This document shows, in pieces, positions 35,957 to 48,679 of a DNA stretch of 64,000 bases. The stretch is from Macrostomum hystrix (taxonomy: Eukaryota; Animalia; Platyhelminthes). The stretch is from the NCBI GenBank assembly GCA_950097015.1, contig CATNEN010000001.1:2728001-2792000 (forward strand), in the 5' to 3' direction. The notes under the pieces are model-generated. The model did not search any database, was not told where the DNA came from, and saw nothing but the letters and a program-made list of their open reading frames with translations. Position 1 is the stretch's first letter, and each line of letters opens with the position of its first letter. A program made the position numbers and the translations under genes.

Positions 35957-36637
35957 TTGACTCCAGGTCGGGTCTCCACGAGTCGGCCGCGAGATCTGCA
36001 ACGGAGAAGAGGCGGGGGAGGCGTCGGGGTACAAGTGCGCAGGCCGGCACAAAGTAGCGACAGCAGCAGTGGCTCCATGGATGCCCAAGTGGATGCCAAT
36101 GAGGACATTTGGGCCCAACTTCAATTTGGAATGCCCTCGGAAGATGAAGGGGTGCTGGAAGAAGACTCCAGCGGTGATGAGGAGGAACCGGAGGGGCCAG
36201 CACCACCTCCTGAGTTTGAGCCTCCTAGGCCTCGGAGTCCTTCATCAGAGGATAGTCAGGAGGAGTGGGAAGAAGCAGCGGCTAGGCCCAGACGCCGAAG
36301 GGGCGGTGCCCAACGGCGCAGGCAACGCCGGGCTCAGTGGAGTCTAAGAGAGCCGGCACGCGAAGCGGCGGTGTTGGGAATGGCCGAGTCCCTGGCCCGA
36401 GCCGCACGGGGGCAGAGGGATGACGGCTGGTCGGCGGCGGTGCAGCAAGGGTTTGCGGCGGAAGATCGGGCCACCAGGCGCGAGATGGCTCAAGAGGCTG
36501 CAGCCCGAGCGGAAGTAATGGTCGGCGGACTGGCAGCGACACCACAGGATCTGAAGGCCCGGTATGGGCAGGCTGTGGTTGAACTTGTAGAAGGATGGTG
36601 GTTGCCAGAGTTGTTGATGCGTGTGGCCCCAATGTAA
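35957..36637 (+). CDS. Extra ORF 3' of integrase, unknown function (first ATG at 36077)
   Basis: Open frame with coding-like composition: acidic tract, Pro-rich RPRSPS, Arg-rich cluster and helical C-terminus. Lies between the integrase stop and the PPT. Confidence 0.55.
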   Translation: MTPGRVSTSRPRDLQRRRGGGGVGVQVRRPAQSSDSSSGSMDAQVDANEDIWAQLQFGMPSEDEGVLEEDSSGDEEEPEGPAPPPEFEPPRPRSPSSEDSQEEWEEAAARPRRRRGGAQRRRQRRAQWSLREPAREAAVLGMAESLARAARGQRDDGWSAAVQQGFAAEDRATRREMAQEAAARAEVMVGGLAATPQDLKARYGQAVVELVEGWWLPELLMRVAPM

Positions 36638-38934
36638 GTGCACCGTGTCCGTTGACTCATGCCGTAATGCTAGACCCCTCGAGTTTGTTTTTAGTGTTGT
36701 TGATTGCTTTTTTTGTATGAACTGTTCTTGTTGCGTGTCCACTTATTCAGTTAGTACTCCTTTTATTGTTTGCCATTTTTTCGGTTGGTTATTTTTCTGA
36801 GTGCGCCATGATTATATTGTCGGTGTGTTTTTAAAAGAAGTTGGTAATTTGGTGTTTGGAAAGAAAGAAGAAAACGAAGGAAATAAAAAAGGAAAAGTAC
36901 TTACGTGAATTTTGATTAAGTGCGGCTGACGGCCAGCCGGTGTTGACCGTCATCCTTTAGCTGGAGGAGAATGATGTGCTGTAGACTGCTGAGCAGCCTC
37001 CAGGCAATCTGTGAGTCAGGCTGTTCTAGGTCTGTGAGAGGGCTGGGGTGTAGGTAGTTAGTGTTTCCCGTGCACTGTCACCTCCGCTCGCCACCCCCTC
37101 TGCTTTCTCTCTTTCGTTCCAGCTCTGTCTGCGCACTGAGTCACATTGCACACCATGGTGCAATCGCTTAAGTTCGGAAGAAGACTGGCAGAATAGCGCT
37201 CAAATGCTCCTACTACGTAGATAGATTATGGACAACAGAAAGATTTTAATAGATGTTGAAAAAGAGAAAACAGCAAGACATGCAGTGCACAGTATGTATA
37301 AGTAGGGCACAGTCCGACGAATCCTTGAGATGGTGTTAGTATCGTGGTAGCACTATTTCTTTATATTCATGGCACTTTTCCGCCTCCAGTTCTTCATGCT
37401 TTTGCATCCTATTTCATCTTGCTACTCAACAACTTCTGTGAAGTTAGCAAATCTCTTGACAAAGCTAGACTAGAAAGCGCATTTTGAAGCACAAGCTCTC
37501 TAGTCCGCTTGCGGACTAGTCACAGAAAGTCACAGAAATCAAGTAAGACATAGACTCTCTACTTGATATCCGAGGAAACTAGGTAATCTAAGCCTGACTA
37601 CCAGGTTGCTCCACTGCGAAGAGGCAACAGTGTTGAGGCCAGTATAAAATCCTCTCAGGATCCAGTTCCTGTCTTGGTCATTTTACCAATTGTGTGTGCC
37701 ACGCTACCACAGGTACAACACATTAATACAAATAAATATAACTGAGGGCTGTGCAGGAGCTGTCCAAAATTAATACATTTACAGAAATAAGGTATTTTGC
37801 AGACTTTGCACAGACCCATGCACAGTAATCAAATGTAATCAGGCGCAATTAACAGTAACGGTTTGTCCGCAGAAAGTTGATGAAATTTTAATGACTGAAT
37901 CTTTCTCCTGTTGCGCCCGCCTTTGTATGTGCTCCTGCTTAATCTGTGCTCATTATTGCTTCTCTGTGCTCATGATTGCTTGTATGTGCTCATTATTGCT
38001 TATCTGTGCTCATTATTGCTTCTCTGTGCTCATTCTTGTACTGCTGTGCTGCGATTCTGGCTACGATTCCTGCTACGGCATCTGCTATGAATCTATGAGC
38101 CTTTGATTCAACATGCCGCTCAATTTGAAATTGAATACATAAGTGAATCCACCAGGTGGAAAAATGCATCCATCAGAGTGGGACCACTGACAGTCTGACT
38201 CTCTCCTCTGACCATCGCTGTCACACCAGTGCTAAATTTCGTCGAAGCCGCACTATATGGCCTAATATTAATATCTCGGATTCATCTACTGACAAACATA
38301 TAAAGTACGGTACAGTAGTTGTACTGACTTTCGGTTAAGCCAGATACACACATATATTTTTTATTTTGATATGGTCAGTGTTCGTTAAACTCTGACTTAC
38401 CTCATTATTGGCTTCGTTGCACACCTCATTTTGCTCATAGATGAGTATAAGTTCATGACGAATGCTTAATTTCCGTTTCTCTGAGGGATGTCATATCCGT
38501 GTGACATTCACAAAATCGTGCTGTGCATCCACAAGCTTCATGTATATATCTTACTGATAATTTGTAAACGGCTTCTTAAGTAAGTTGCAAAAACACAGGC
38601 AGAAGTAAGGCCAGAATTGAAACACAGTAAAGAACTAGTCTGATATCGCGGCTCCTTATATTTGCGTTCATGCAGTCTAATTTCCAGACCCTGGGGCTAG
38701 GGATTTGGGGGGATTTGGGGATCCCAGACAGACGGCCCACCCCAGTTGCACACAAACTAATTGCATGAGACACAAACAACATCAACGGGGGTGCACCCAG
38801 ACAGTGGTGACAAGTGCATGCAAACAAGCTAAGCTAACATTGAATGTCACATTGAATAACAAAAAGTAATGTCACATAAGTAATTTGCAATTCCACAAAT
38901 TAAAGCCCGTCCATTGACAACACATACAGTACAT

Positions 38935-40911
38935 TGAAATGGTTGGGGGTTTTGAAACCACTGAACTGCCCCCGTGAGAGATGGAAGCCTAGAGGCGGGT
39001 GTTAGAATCGATGAACCGTCCACCTGGCTGCTCGCAGGATGTCGCGGAGAGAAGGCAGAGATGAAGGGAGGGGTGAGGAGATGAAGGGAGAGATGAGGAG
39101 GTTCAATGGCTGCAGAGAGTGGTCCTATTGGCCTCAGGCTGGCCAGTCCCACTCGTCCCATAGGCCACTGGCATGACTGCCGTGCCTACCCCTAGCTATG
39201 CTCGAAACCGGCGAAAGGTCTAAAAGAGAGGTGTCGGACTATCCGGAATCGGACAGGACAGGGCTAGATAGCCTACTGTCATCAGTAGTACGTGCGCAAC
39301 TGACTCCTAACCTTGGTAGCGGTGGTCGATTCGGCCTAGGCTCTTGTCACAGAACTGCGGAAAGGCTATCGGCAAAGCGGATAGATGATCTAGGGTAGCG
39401 CCACCACCCAATGCGCCTACGTTGCCACCGCAGGCATTTGGGAACTTGGGTCCCCGGAGTACACAGCTCCTAGTTTATCACACAGATCTAGACAAGCCGA
39501 AAAAAGGGCATTGCTGCAACTTCCGTTTTAGAATGGGGTGAGAGCCCCAGAATGGATCGAGACACGCCTCAAAAGGGGATTCCTGAATTTGCGCTACAGG
39601 AGTCTAGAAAGGTGGTACTAAGAACTTAAATGAGAATCCATAGCCGGAATCCTACTCATAAGACATCAGACACATTCTATACATTAGACTGCAGCCTACA
39701 CATTAAGTAACTAACAAATCCGAATCTGTGTGAGTTGAGGAGATCAGAGGCTCGAGAGATTAAGCAGAACAACTGGCTGAGTGATTACGCAAGCATAAGA
39801 TTATTAGATAATCACTCTCGCTCCCGTGGCCGCAGTTGCGAGAGGGGGATAGGGGGAGACTCCATTGGAAAGGGAGTTCGACACGTACACTTTGAGCCCG
39901 CCCAAGAGGGAGAAGGAAAGCCGGCCAAGGATTCCCCCAACCCCCTGGGAAGAAATGCACATACTACCTCCGCATCTGCTTGCAAATCCCTAGCTTCTTA
40001 TTACTTCTGTGCGCGCTTACAGTTGCCTTCCTGCCGCAGCTCTCAGCTCGGCATCCCCAGAGCCCACCCCCTAGGAGATTAGCCACTCATAGCTGAGGGC
40101 TGCCTAATAGTGAAAATAAACATAGAAGATAACATGCAGAGAGGATTTAAATTGTTATTAAAAATTGGCCTCTAATTAAACGATTGGCTAAAGTTGCACT
40201 ATTTTATTAAGCCAAGAAAATTCCCAAATCCCTTGCCCGCTATGTGCTGCCTAACTAGTAGAATAAGTCCCTTAGGAGTAACAATGGATAAACCGCTGCG
40301 CCGGTTACTTAGCTGAACCCCGATCGGCCGCGTGCTGCAGTCCCGTAGCTCTCGAGGGATGGGTGGGGCAAAATCAGCAAAGGCAGAGGAGGGGAAGGCT
40401 AGATGTGAGCTGGCAGGGGCCAACGCACTAATGAGCGCAATGCGCAATTTGCAGAGCTCACCTAAAGAGGTGGCTTTCACTATTGGGGGCTTATAGGCAG
40501 GCAATGAGCCTGTGAGCGCTAAATGAGCTTAAAGCTCGAGGGTCTAAGCCCTAGGTGGAAGACATAGGTCCGGGGGGTCCGTCGGGGAAGACGGGTCCGC
40601 AAGAAGGCAGGAAACTAGGTTAGGTTGGGAGGGTCCGGCTTTCCGGAGGTTAAGGTTCCTAGCGGGAGCAGCGCAGCGCGCTTGCTTATATAGTCCTGCA
40701 GCACGCCAACCTCGACATTCATCAAAGCAACCCACATTCGCGCCAGCCTGTCAACGAGGGATCGGGGCGGCGATAAACCGCCCTGATCACCCAATGAACC
40801 GGCGGCGGGAAACGACAGGTGTTCTGCGCGAACAGCCGTCGGCAGTCGGCCAGCAATTGTTACTCCGCCGGGACAATGGGAAGCGCAGGCGCCGACCTGC
40901 CTACAGTGACA
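38935..40911. repeat. Repeat X copy 3
   Basis: tgaaatggtt...ctacagtgaca, colinear with copies 1 and 2; cut by the Helitron array at an A|T site. Confidence 0.88.
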
Positions 40912-41523
40912 TCTAATATACTAAAAATGAAATGGTTGGTTGGTTGGTTGTATTTGATTTTTTCCCGAACGGCTCAACCGATTTTCACCATTTCTTCACC
41001 AAAAGATGCCAAATATGGGGACAATTTTACACGTATTTTTATTAAGCTTAACTTTATTGCTAAGGGGATTAAATATTCGAAAAACATGTTTTTTGACCTT
41101 TTCAAAGGTCAAACTATCTTGGCCTATTGAGAATTTCATTCACTGACTGCCACTGAGTTAGAATTGCATCGTCAAATTGCGCAACAACCCCTAGCTGATT
41201 GAATTTGAAGCCTGCACTCTGGAGACAAATTGGAAATAAATGTACACAACCAACCGCAAGACTGAGTGTACTCTATTTTCTTACTTCATTGTACAAAGCC
41301 AGAACTTTGAGAATTCATTTTATAAGGCTGATTTTTGCACCCACTAACCAACAGTCGGAATAGCCGATGTGTAGGCACTAGGAATAGGTTATAGGCTAGG
41401 CTAGGGTTCGATTCTGCACTGCATCAAATCATTTTAGACTAACTTTCAGCCAGTAGTGATTGAAGACTATTTTATATTATTTTTTTCATTTCGTAAATAA
41501 AATATCATAAATCATAGCACACC

Positions 41524-43513
41524 GGCTAAAACAGAGTTTGAATCATGGCTAAACCAGAGTCTGAATCATGGCTAAACCAGAGTCTGAATCATGGCTAAAC
41601 CAGAGTCTGAATCATGGCTAAACCAGAGTCTGAATCATGGCTAAACCAGAGTCTGAATCATGGCTAAACCAGAGTCTGAATCATGGCTAAACCAGAGTCT
41701 GAATCATGGCTAAACCAGAGTCTGAATCAAGGCTAAACCAGAGTCTGGATCATGGCTAAACCAGAGTCTGAATCCTGGCTACACCAGAGTCTGAATCATG
41801 GCTAAACCAGAGTCTGAATCATGGCTAAACAAGAGTCTGAATCATGGCTAAACCAGAGTCTGAATCATGGCTAAACCAGAGTTTGAATCATAGCTAAACC
41901 AGAGTCTGAATCATGGCTACACCAGAGTCTGAATCATGGCTAAACCAGAGTTTGAATCATGGCTAAACCAGAGTCTGAATCATGGCTAAACCAGAGTCTG
42001 AATCATGGCTAAACCAGAGTTTGAATCATAGCTAAACCAGAGTCTGAATCATGGCTAAACCAGAGTCTGAATCATGGCTACACCAGAGTCTGAATCATGG
42101 CTAAACCAGAGTCTGAATCATGGCTACACCAGAGTCTGAATCATAGCTAAACCAGAGTCTGAATCATGGCTAAACCAGAGTCAGAATCATGGCTAAACCA
42201 GAGTCTGAATCATGGCTAAACCAGAGTTTGAATCATAGCTAAACCAGAGTCTGAATCATGGCTACACCAGAGTCTGAATCATGGCTAAACCAGAGTTTGA
42301 ATCATGGCTAAACCAGAGTCTGAATCATGGCTAAACCAGAGTCTGAATCATGGCTAAACCAGAGTCTGAATCATGGCTAAACCAGAGTCTGAATCATGGC
42401 TAAACCAGAGTCTGAATCATGGCTACACCAGAGTCTGAATCATGGCTAAACCAGAGTCTGAATCATGGCTACACCAGAGTCTGAATCATAGCTAAACCAG
42501 AGTCTGAATCATGGCTAAACCAGAGTCTGAATCATGGCTAAACCAGAGTCTGAATCATGGCTAAACCAGAGTCTGAATCATGGCTACACCAGAGTCTGAA
42601 TCATGGCTAAACCAGAGTCTGAATCATGGCTAAACAAGAGTCTGAATCATGGCTAAACCAGAGTCTGAATCATGGCTAAACCAGAGTCTGAATCATGGCT
42701 AAACCAGAGTTTGAATCATAGCTAAACCAGAGTCTGAATCATGGCTAAACCAGAGTCTGAATCATGGCTACACCAGAGTCTGAATCATGGCTAAACCAGA
42801 GTCTGAATCATGGCTACACCAGAGTCTGAATCATAGCTAAACCAGAGTCTGAATCATGGCTAAACCAGAGTCTGAATCATGGCTAAACCAGAGTCTGAAT
42901 CATGGCTAAACCAGAGTCTGAATCATGGCTACACCAGAGTCTGAATCATGGCTAAACCAGAGTCTGAATCATGGCTAAACCAGAGTCTGAATCATGGCTA
43001 AACCAGAGTCTGAATCATGGCTAAACCAGAGTCTGTATCATGGCTAAACCAGAGTCTGAATCATGGCTAAACCAGAGTCTGAATCATGGCTACACCAGAG
43101 TCTGAATCATGGCTACACCAGAGTCTGAATCATGGCTAAACCAGAGTCTGAATCATGGCTAAACCAGAGTCTGGATCATGGCTAAACCAGAGTCTGAATC
43201 ATGGCTAAACCAGAGTCTGAATCATGGCTAAACCAGAGTCTGAATCATGGCTAAACCAGAGTCTGAATCATGGCTACACCAGAGTCTAAATCATGGCTAA
43301 ACCAGAGTCTGAATCAAGGCTAAACCAGAGTCTGGATCATGGCTAAACCAGAGTTTGAATCATAGCTAAACCAGCGTCTGAATCATGGCTAAACTAGATT
43401 CTGAATCATGGCTAAACCAGAGTTTGAATCATGGCTAAACCAGAGTTTGAATCATGGCAAAACCAGAGTTTGAATCATGGCTAACCCAGCGTTTGAATCA
43501 TTGCTAAACCAGA
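41524..43513 (+). repeat. 23-bp satellite array
   Basis: Unit gaatcatggctaaaccagagtct. Confidence 0.97.
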
Positions 43514-43514
43514 A

Positions 43515-44492
43515 CTGGTGGATAATCGTCAACTGGGGGATCATGGTAAACTGGGGGATAATTGTCAACTGGGGGATCATTGTCAACTGGCGGATCATTG
43601 GCAACTGGGGGATAATTGTCAACTGGGGGACAATTGTCACGGGGAAACATCACCAAATGCGGGATCATAATCAACTAGGGGATCATTGTCAACTAGGGGA
43701 TCATGTTCAACTGGGGGAACATTGTCAACTGGGATCACCATCAATGGGGGATCATAGTCAACTGAGAGATAATTGTCGACTGGGGGATAATCGTCAACTG
43801 GGGGATCATGGTCAACTGGAGGATCATTGTCAACGGGGGGATAGTTGTCAACTGGGGGATAATTGTCAACTGGGGAGTCATCATCAAATGCGGGATCATG
43901 GTTAACTGGGGGATAATTGTCAACTGGGGGATCATTGTCAACTGGGAGATCATTGTCAATGTCAACTGGGGGATCATTGTCATCTGGGGATCATTGTCAA
44001 CTGGGGGTTTATCATCACCCGGAGGATCATTGTGAACTGGGGGGATCATTGTCAACTTGTTGATCATCATCAACTGGGGGATCATTGTCAACTGTGGGAA
44101 CATTGTCAACTGGGGGAACGTTGTCAACTGGAGATTATCATCAATGGGGAGTCATCATTAACTGGGGGATCATTGTCAACTGCGTGATCATCATCAATTG
44201 GGGGATTATTGTCAACTCGGGGATCATTGTCAGCTGTGGGAACATTGTCAACTGGGGATCATCATCAATGGGGAGTCATCATTAACTGGGGGATCATTGT
44301 CAACTGCGTGATCATCATCAATTGAGGGATTATTGTCAACTGGGGGATCATAATCAACTGCGTGATCATCATCAATTGGGGGATTATTGTCAACGGGGGG
44401 TTCATTGTCAACTGGGGGATCATTGTCAACTGGGGGATTATTGTCAACTGGGGGATCTTTATCAACTGGGGGATCATTGTCAACTGATCATT
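43515..44492 (+). repeat. 18-bp satellite array, degenerate
   Basis: Unit tcaactgggggatcattg with many variants. Confidence 0.95.
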
Positions 44493-45177
44493 GTAGCGTA
44501 AAAAGGCTGAAAATGCAGCTGCTAAAAAGTGTATACTGGACGAAATCAAAATATTTCTGCTCCCCGAAGGGGGGCAAAACTTGCTAGTCCACTATACTAA
44601 AAATGAAATGCTTGCTTGGTTGTAATTGATTTTCTCCCGAACGGCTCAACCGATTTTCACCATTTCTTCACCAAAAGATGCCAAATATGGGGACAATTTT
44701 ACACGTATTTTTATTAAGCTTAACTTTATTGCTAAAGGGATTAAATATTCGAAAAACATGATTTTTCAAAGGTCAAACCATCTTGGCCTATTGAGAATTT
44801 TACTCACTGCCGCTGAATTGGAATTGCATCGTCAAATTGCGCAACACCCCCTCGCTGACTGAGTTAGAAGCCTGCACTCTGGAGACAAATTTGAAATAAA
44901 TGTACACAACCAACCGCGAGACTGAGTGTACTCTATTTTCTCACTTCATTGTACAAAGCCAGAACTTTGAGAATTCATTTTATAAGGCTGATTTTTGCAC
45001 CCACTAACCAACAGTCGGAATAGCCGATGTGTAGGCACTAGGAATAGGTTATAGGCTAGGCTAGGGTTCGATTCTGCACTGCGTCAAATCATTTAGACTA
45101 ATTTTCAGCCAGTAGTGATTGAAGATTATTTTGATTTTTTTTTCATTTCGTAAATAAAATATCAAAAATCATAGCAA

Positions 45178-48100
45178 ACCTGAGTTTGAATCATGGCAAA
45201 AATAGAGCTTGAATCATGGCTAAACCAGCGTCTGAATCATGGCTAAACCAGAGCTTGAATCATGGCTAAACCAGAGTCTGAATCATGGCTAAACTGGAGT
45301 CTGAATCATGGCTAAACCAGGGTCTGAATCATGGCTAAACCAGAGTTTGAATCATGGCTAAATCAGGGTCTGAATCATGGCTAAACTAGAGTTTGAATCA
45401 TGGCTAAACCAGAGTTTGAATCATGGCTAACCCAGAGTTTGAATCATGGCTAACCCAGACTTTGAATCATGGCTAAACCAGAGTCTGAATCATGGCTAAA
45501 CCAGCGTCTGAATCATGGCTAAACCAGAGTTTGAATCATGGCTAAACCAGAGTCTGAATCATGGCTAAACCAGAGTTTGAATCATGGCTAAACCAGATTT
45601 TGAATCATGGCTAACCCAGAGTTTGAATCATGGCTAAACCAGAGTCTGAATCTGAATCATGGCTAAACCAGCGTCTGAATCATGGCTAAACCAGAGTCTG
45701 AATCATGGCAAAACCAGAGTCTGAATCATGGCTAAACCAGAGTTTGAATCATGGCTAAACCAGGGTCTGAATCATGGCTAAAACAGAGTTTAAATCATGG
45801 CTAAACCAGAGTCTGAATCATGGCTAAACCAGAGTTTGAATCATGGCTAAACCAGGGTCTGAATCATGGCTAAACCAGAGTCTGAATCATGGCTAAACCA
45901 GGGTCTGAATCATGGCTAAACCAGAGTTTGCATCATGGCTAAACCAGAGTCTGAATCATGGCTAAACCAGAGTCTGAATCATGGCTAAACCAGAGTTTGA
46001 ATCATGGCTAAACCAGAGTCTGAATCATGGCTAAACCAGAGTCTGAATCATGGCAAAAATAGAGCTTGAATCATGGCTAAACCAGCGTCTGAATCATGGC
46101 TAAACCAGAGCTTGAATCATGGCTAAACCAGAGTTTGAATCATGGCTAAACCAGAGTCTGAATCATGGCTAAACCAGAGTCTGAATCATGGCTAAACCAG
46201 AGTCTGAATCATGGCAAAACCAGAGTCTGAATCATGGCTAAAACAGAGTTTTAATCATGGCTAAACCAGGGTCTGAATCATGGCTAAAACAGAGTTTAAA
46301 TCATGGCTAAACCAGAGTCTGAATCATGGCTAAACCAGAGTTTGAATCATAGCTAAACCAGGGTCTGAATCATGGCTAAACCAGAGTCTGAATCATGGCT
46401 AAACCAGGGTCTGAATCATGGCTAAACCAGAGTTTGCATCATGGCTAAACCAGAGTCTGAATCATGGCTAAACCAGAGTTTGAATCATGGCTAAACCAGA
46501 GTCTGAATCATGGCTAAACCAGAGTCTGAATCATGGCAAAAATAGAGCTTGAATCATGGCTAAACCAGCGTCTGAATCATGGCTAAACCAGAGCTTGAAT
46601 CATGGCTAAACCAGAGTCTGAATCATGGCTAAACTGGAGTCTGAATCATGGCTAAACCAGGGTCTGAATCATGGCTAAACCAGAGTTTGAATCATGGCTA
46701 AATCAGGGTCTGAATCATGGCTAAACCAGAGTTTGAATCATGGCTAAACCAGAGTTTGAATCATGGCTAACCCAGAGTTTGAATCATGGCTAACCCAGAC
46801 TTTGAATCATGGCTAAACCAGAGTCTGAATCATGGCTAAACCAGCGTCTGAATCATGGCTAAACCAGAGTTTGAATCATGGCTAAACCAGAGTCTGAATC
46901 ATGGCTAAACCAGAGTTTGAATCATGGCTAAACCAGATTTTGAATCATGGCTAACCCAGAGTTTGAATCATGGCTAAACCAGAGTCTGAATCTGAATCAT
47001 GGCTAAACCAGCGTCTGAATCATGGCTAAACCAGAGTCTGAATCATGGCAAAACCAGAGTCTGAATCATGGCTAAACCAGAGTTTGAATCATGGCTAAAC
47101 CAGGGTCTGAATCATGGCTAAAACAGAGTTTAAATCATGGCTAAACCAGAGTCTGAATCATGGCTAAACCAGAGTTTGAATCATGGCTAAACCAGGGTCT
47201 GAATCATGGCTAAACCAGAGTCTGAATCATGGCTAAACCAGGGTCTGAATCATGGCTAAACCAGAGTTTGCATCATGGCTAAACCAGAGTCTGAATCATG
47301 GCTAAACCAGAGTCTGAATCATGGCTAAACCAGAGTTTGAATCATGGCTAAACCAGAGTCTGAATCATGGCTAAACCAGAGTCTGAATCATGGCAAAAAT
47401 AGAGCTTGAATCATGGCTAAACCAGCGTCTGAATCATGGCTAAACCAGAGCTTGAATCATGGCTAAACCAGAGTTTGAATCATGGCTAAACCAGAGTCTG
47501 AATCATGGCTAAACCAGAGTCTGAATCATGGCTAAACCAGAGTCTGAATCATGGCAAAACCAGAGTCTGAATCATGGCTAAACCAGAGTTTGAATCATGG
47601 CTAAACCAGGGTCTGAATCATGGCTAAAACAGAGTTTAAATCATGGCTAAACCAGAGTCTGAATCATGGCTAAACCAGAGTTTGAATCATGGCTAAACCA
47701 GGGTCTGAATCATGGCTAAACCAGAGTCTGAATCATGGCTAAACCAGGGTCTGAATCATGGCTAAACCAGAGTTTGCATCATGGCTAAACCAGAGTCTGA
47801 ATCATGGCTAAACCAGAGTTTGAATCATGGCTAAACCAGAGTCTGAATCATGGCTAAACCAGAGTCTGAATCATGGCAAAAATAGAGCTTGAATCATGGC
47901 TAAACCAGCGTCTGAATCATGGCTAAACCAGAGCTTGAATCATGGCTAAAGCAGAGTTTGAATCATGGCTAAACCAGAGTCTGAATCATGGCTAAACCAG
48001 AGTCTGAATCATGGCTAAACCAGAGTCTGAATCATGGCAAAACCAGAGTCTGAATCATGGCTAAACCAGAGTTTGAATCATGGCTAAACCAGGGTCTGAA

Positions 48101-48548
48101 TCATGGCTAAAACAGAGTTTAAATCATGGCTAAACCAGAGTCTGAATCATGGCTAAACCAGAGTTTGAATCATGGCTAAACCAGGGTCTGAATCATGGCT
48201 AAACCAGAGTCTGAATCATGGCTAAACCAGAGTCTGAATCATGGCTAAACCAGAGTCTGAATCATGGCAAAACCAGAGTCTGAATCATGGCTAAAACAGA
48301 GTTTAAATCATAGCTAAACCAGCGTCTGAATCATGGCTAAACCAGAGTTTGAATCATGGCTAAACCAGAGTTGTAATCATGGCTAAACCAGAGTTTGCAT
48401 CATGGCTAAACCAGAGTCTGAATCATGGCTAAACCAGAGTCTGAATCATGGCTAAACCAGCGTCTGAATCATGGCTAAACCATAGTATGAATCATGGCTA
48501 AACCAGAGTCTGAATCATGGCTAAACCAGCGTTTGAATCATGGCAAAA
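45178..48548 (+). repeat. 23-bp satellite with a 1340-bp higher-order repeat
   Basis: Variant aatagagctt at 45201, 46058, 46541, 47398 and 47881; 6-bp insertion at 45651 and 46991. Confidence 0.95.
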
Positions 48549-48679
48549 TTTTTCTTTTGTCATTGAATTGAATTTTGAGTTTGTTATCTCATAACGTCAT
48601 AATGATATATATTTGTATGATAAATATTTTGCCTAATAATCATTTCATTGTTGTTCTTCTCAATTTTCTACAAAAGAAG

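Larger units (their letters stand above)
33091..37790 (+). mobile_element. 5'-deleted Ty3/Gypsy element (RNase H, linker, integrase, extra ORF, PPT, probable 3' LTR)
   Basis: Begins abruptly at PVLAYP...ILDTDAS...YYSRKL...RKELLA..SDHKAL. PPT ggaggagaa at 36963-36971 is followed by TG; TATA-like at about 37644 and AATAAA at about 37731. Right end approximate. Confidence 0.75.
40912..44587 (+). mobile_element. Non-autonomous Helitron, copy A
   Basis: 5' TC after A; 3' hairpin gctcccc-gaa-ggggggc followed by CTAG at 44584-44587; filled with 23-bp and 18-bp arrays. Confidence 0.9.

Noticed and set aside
32531-37000. Repeat X as the 5' LTR of the downstream Gypsy fragment
   Set aside because: No PBS follows it, the sequence after the Gypsy PPT (36972) does not match repeat X, and the TATA orientation suggests X is on the minus strand. 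More likely a deletion junction.
41354-41427. Functional tRNA gene
   Set aside because: Acceptor and T stems do not pair; only A/B-box-like motifs remain.
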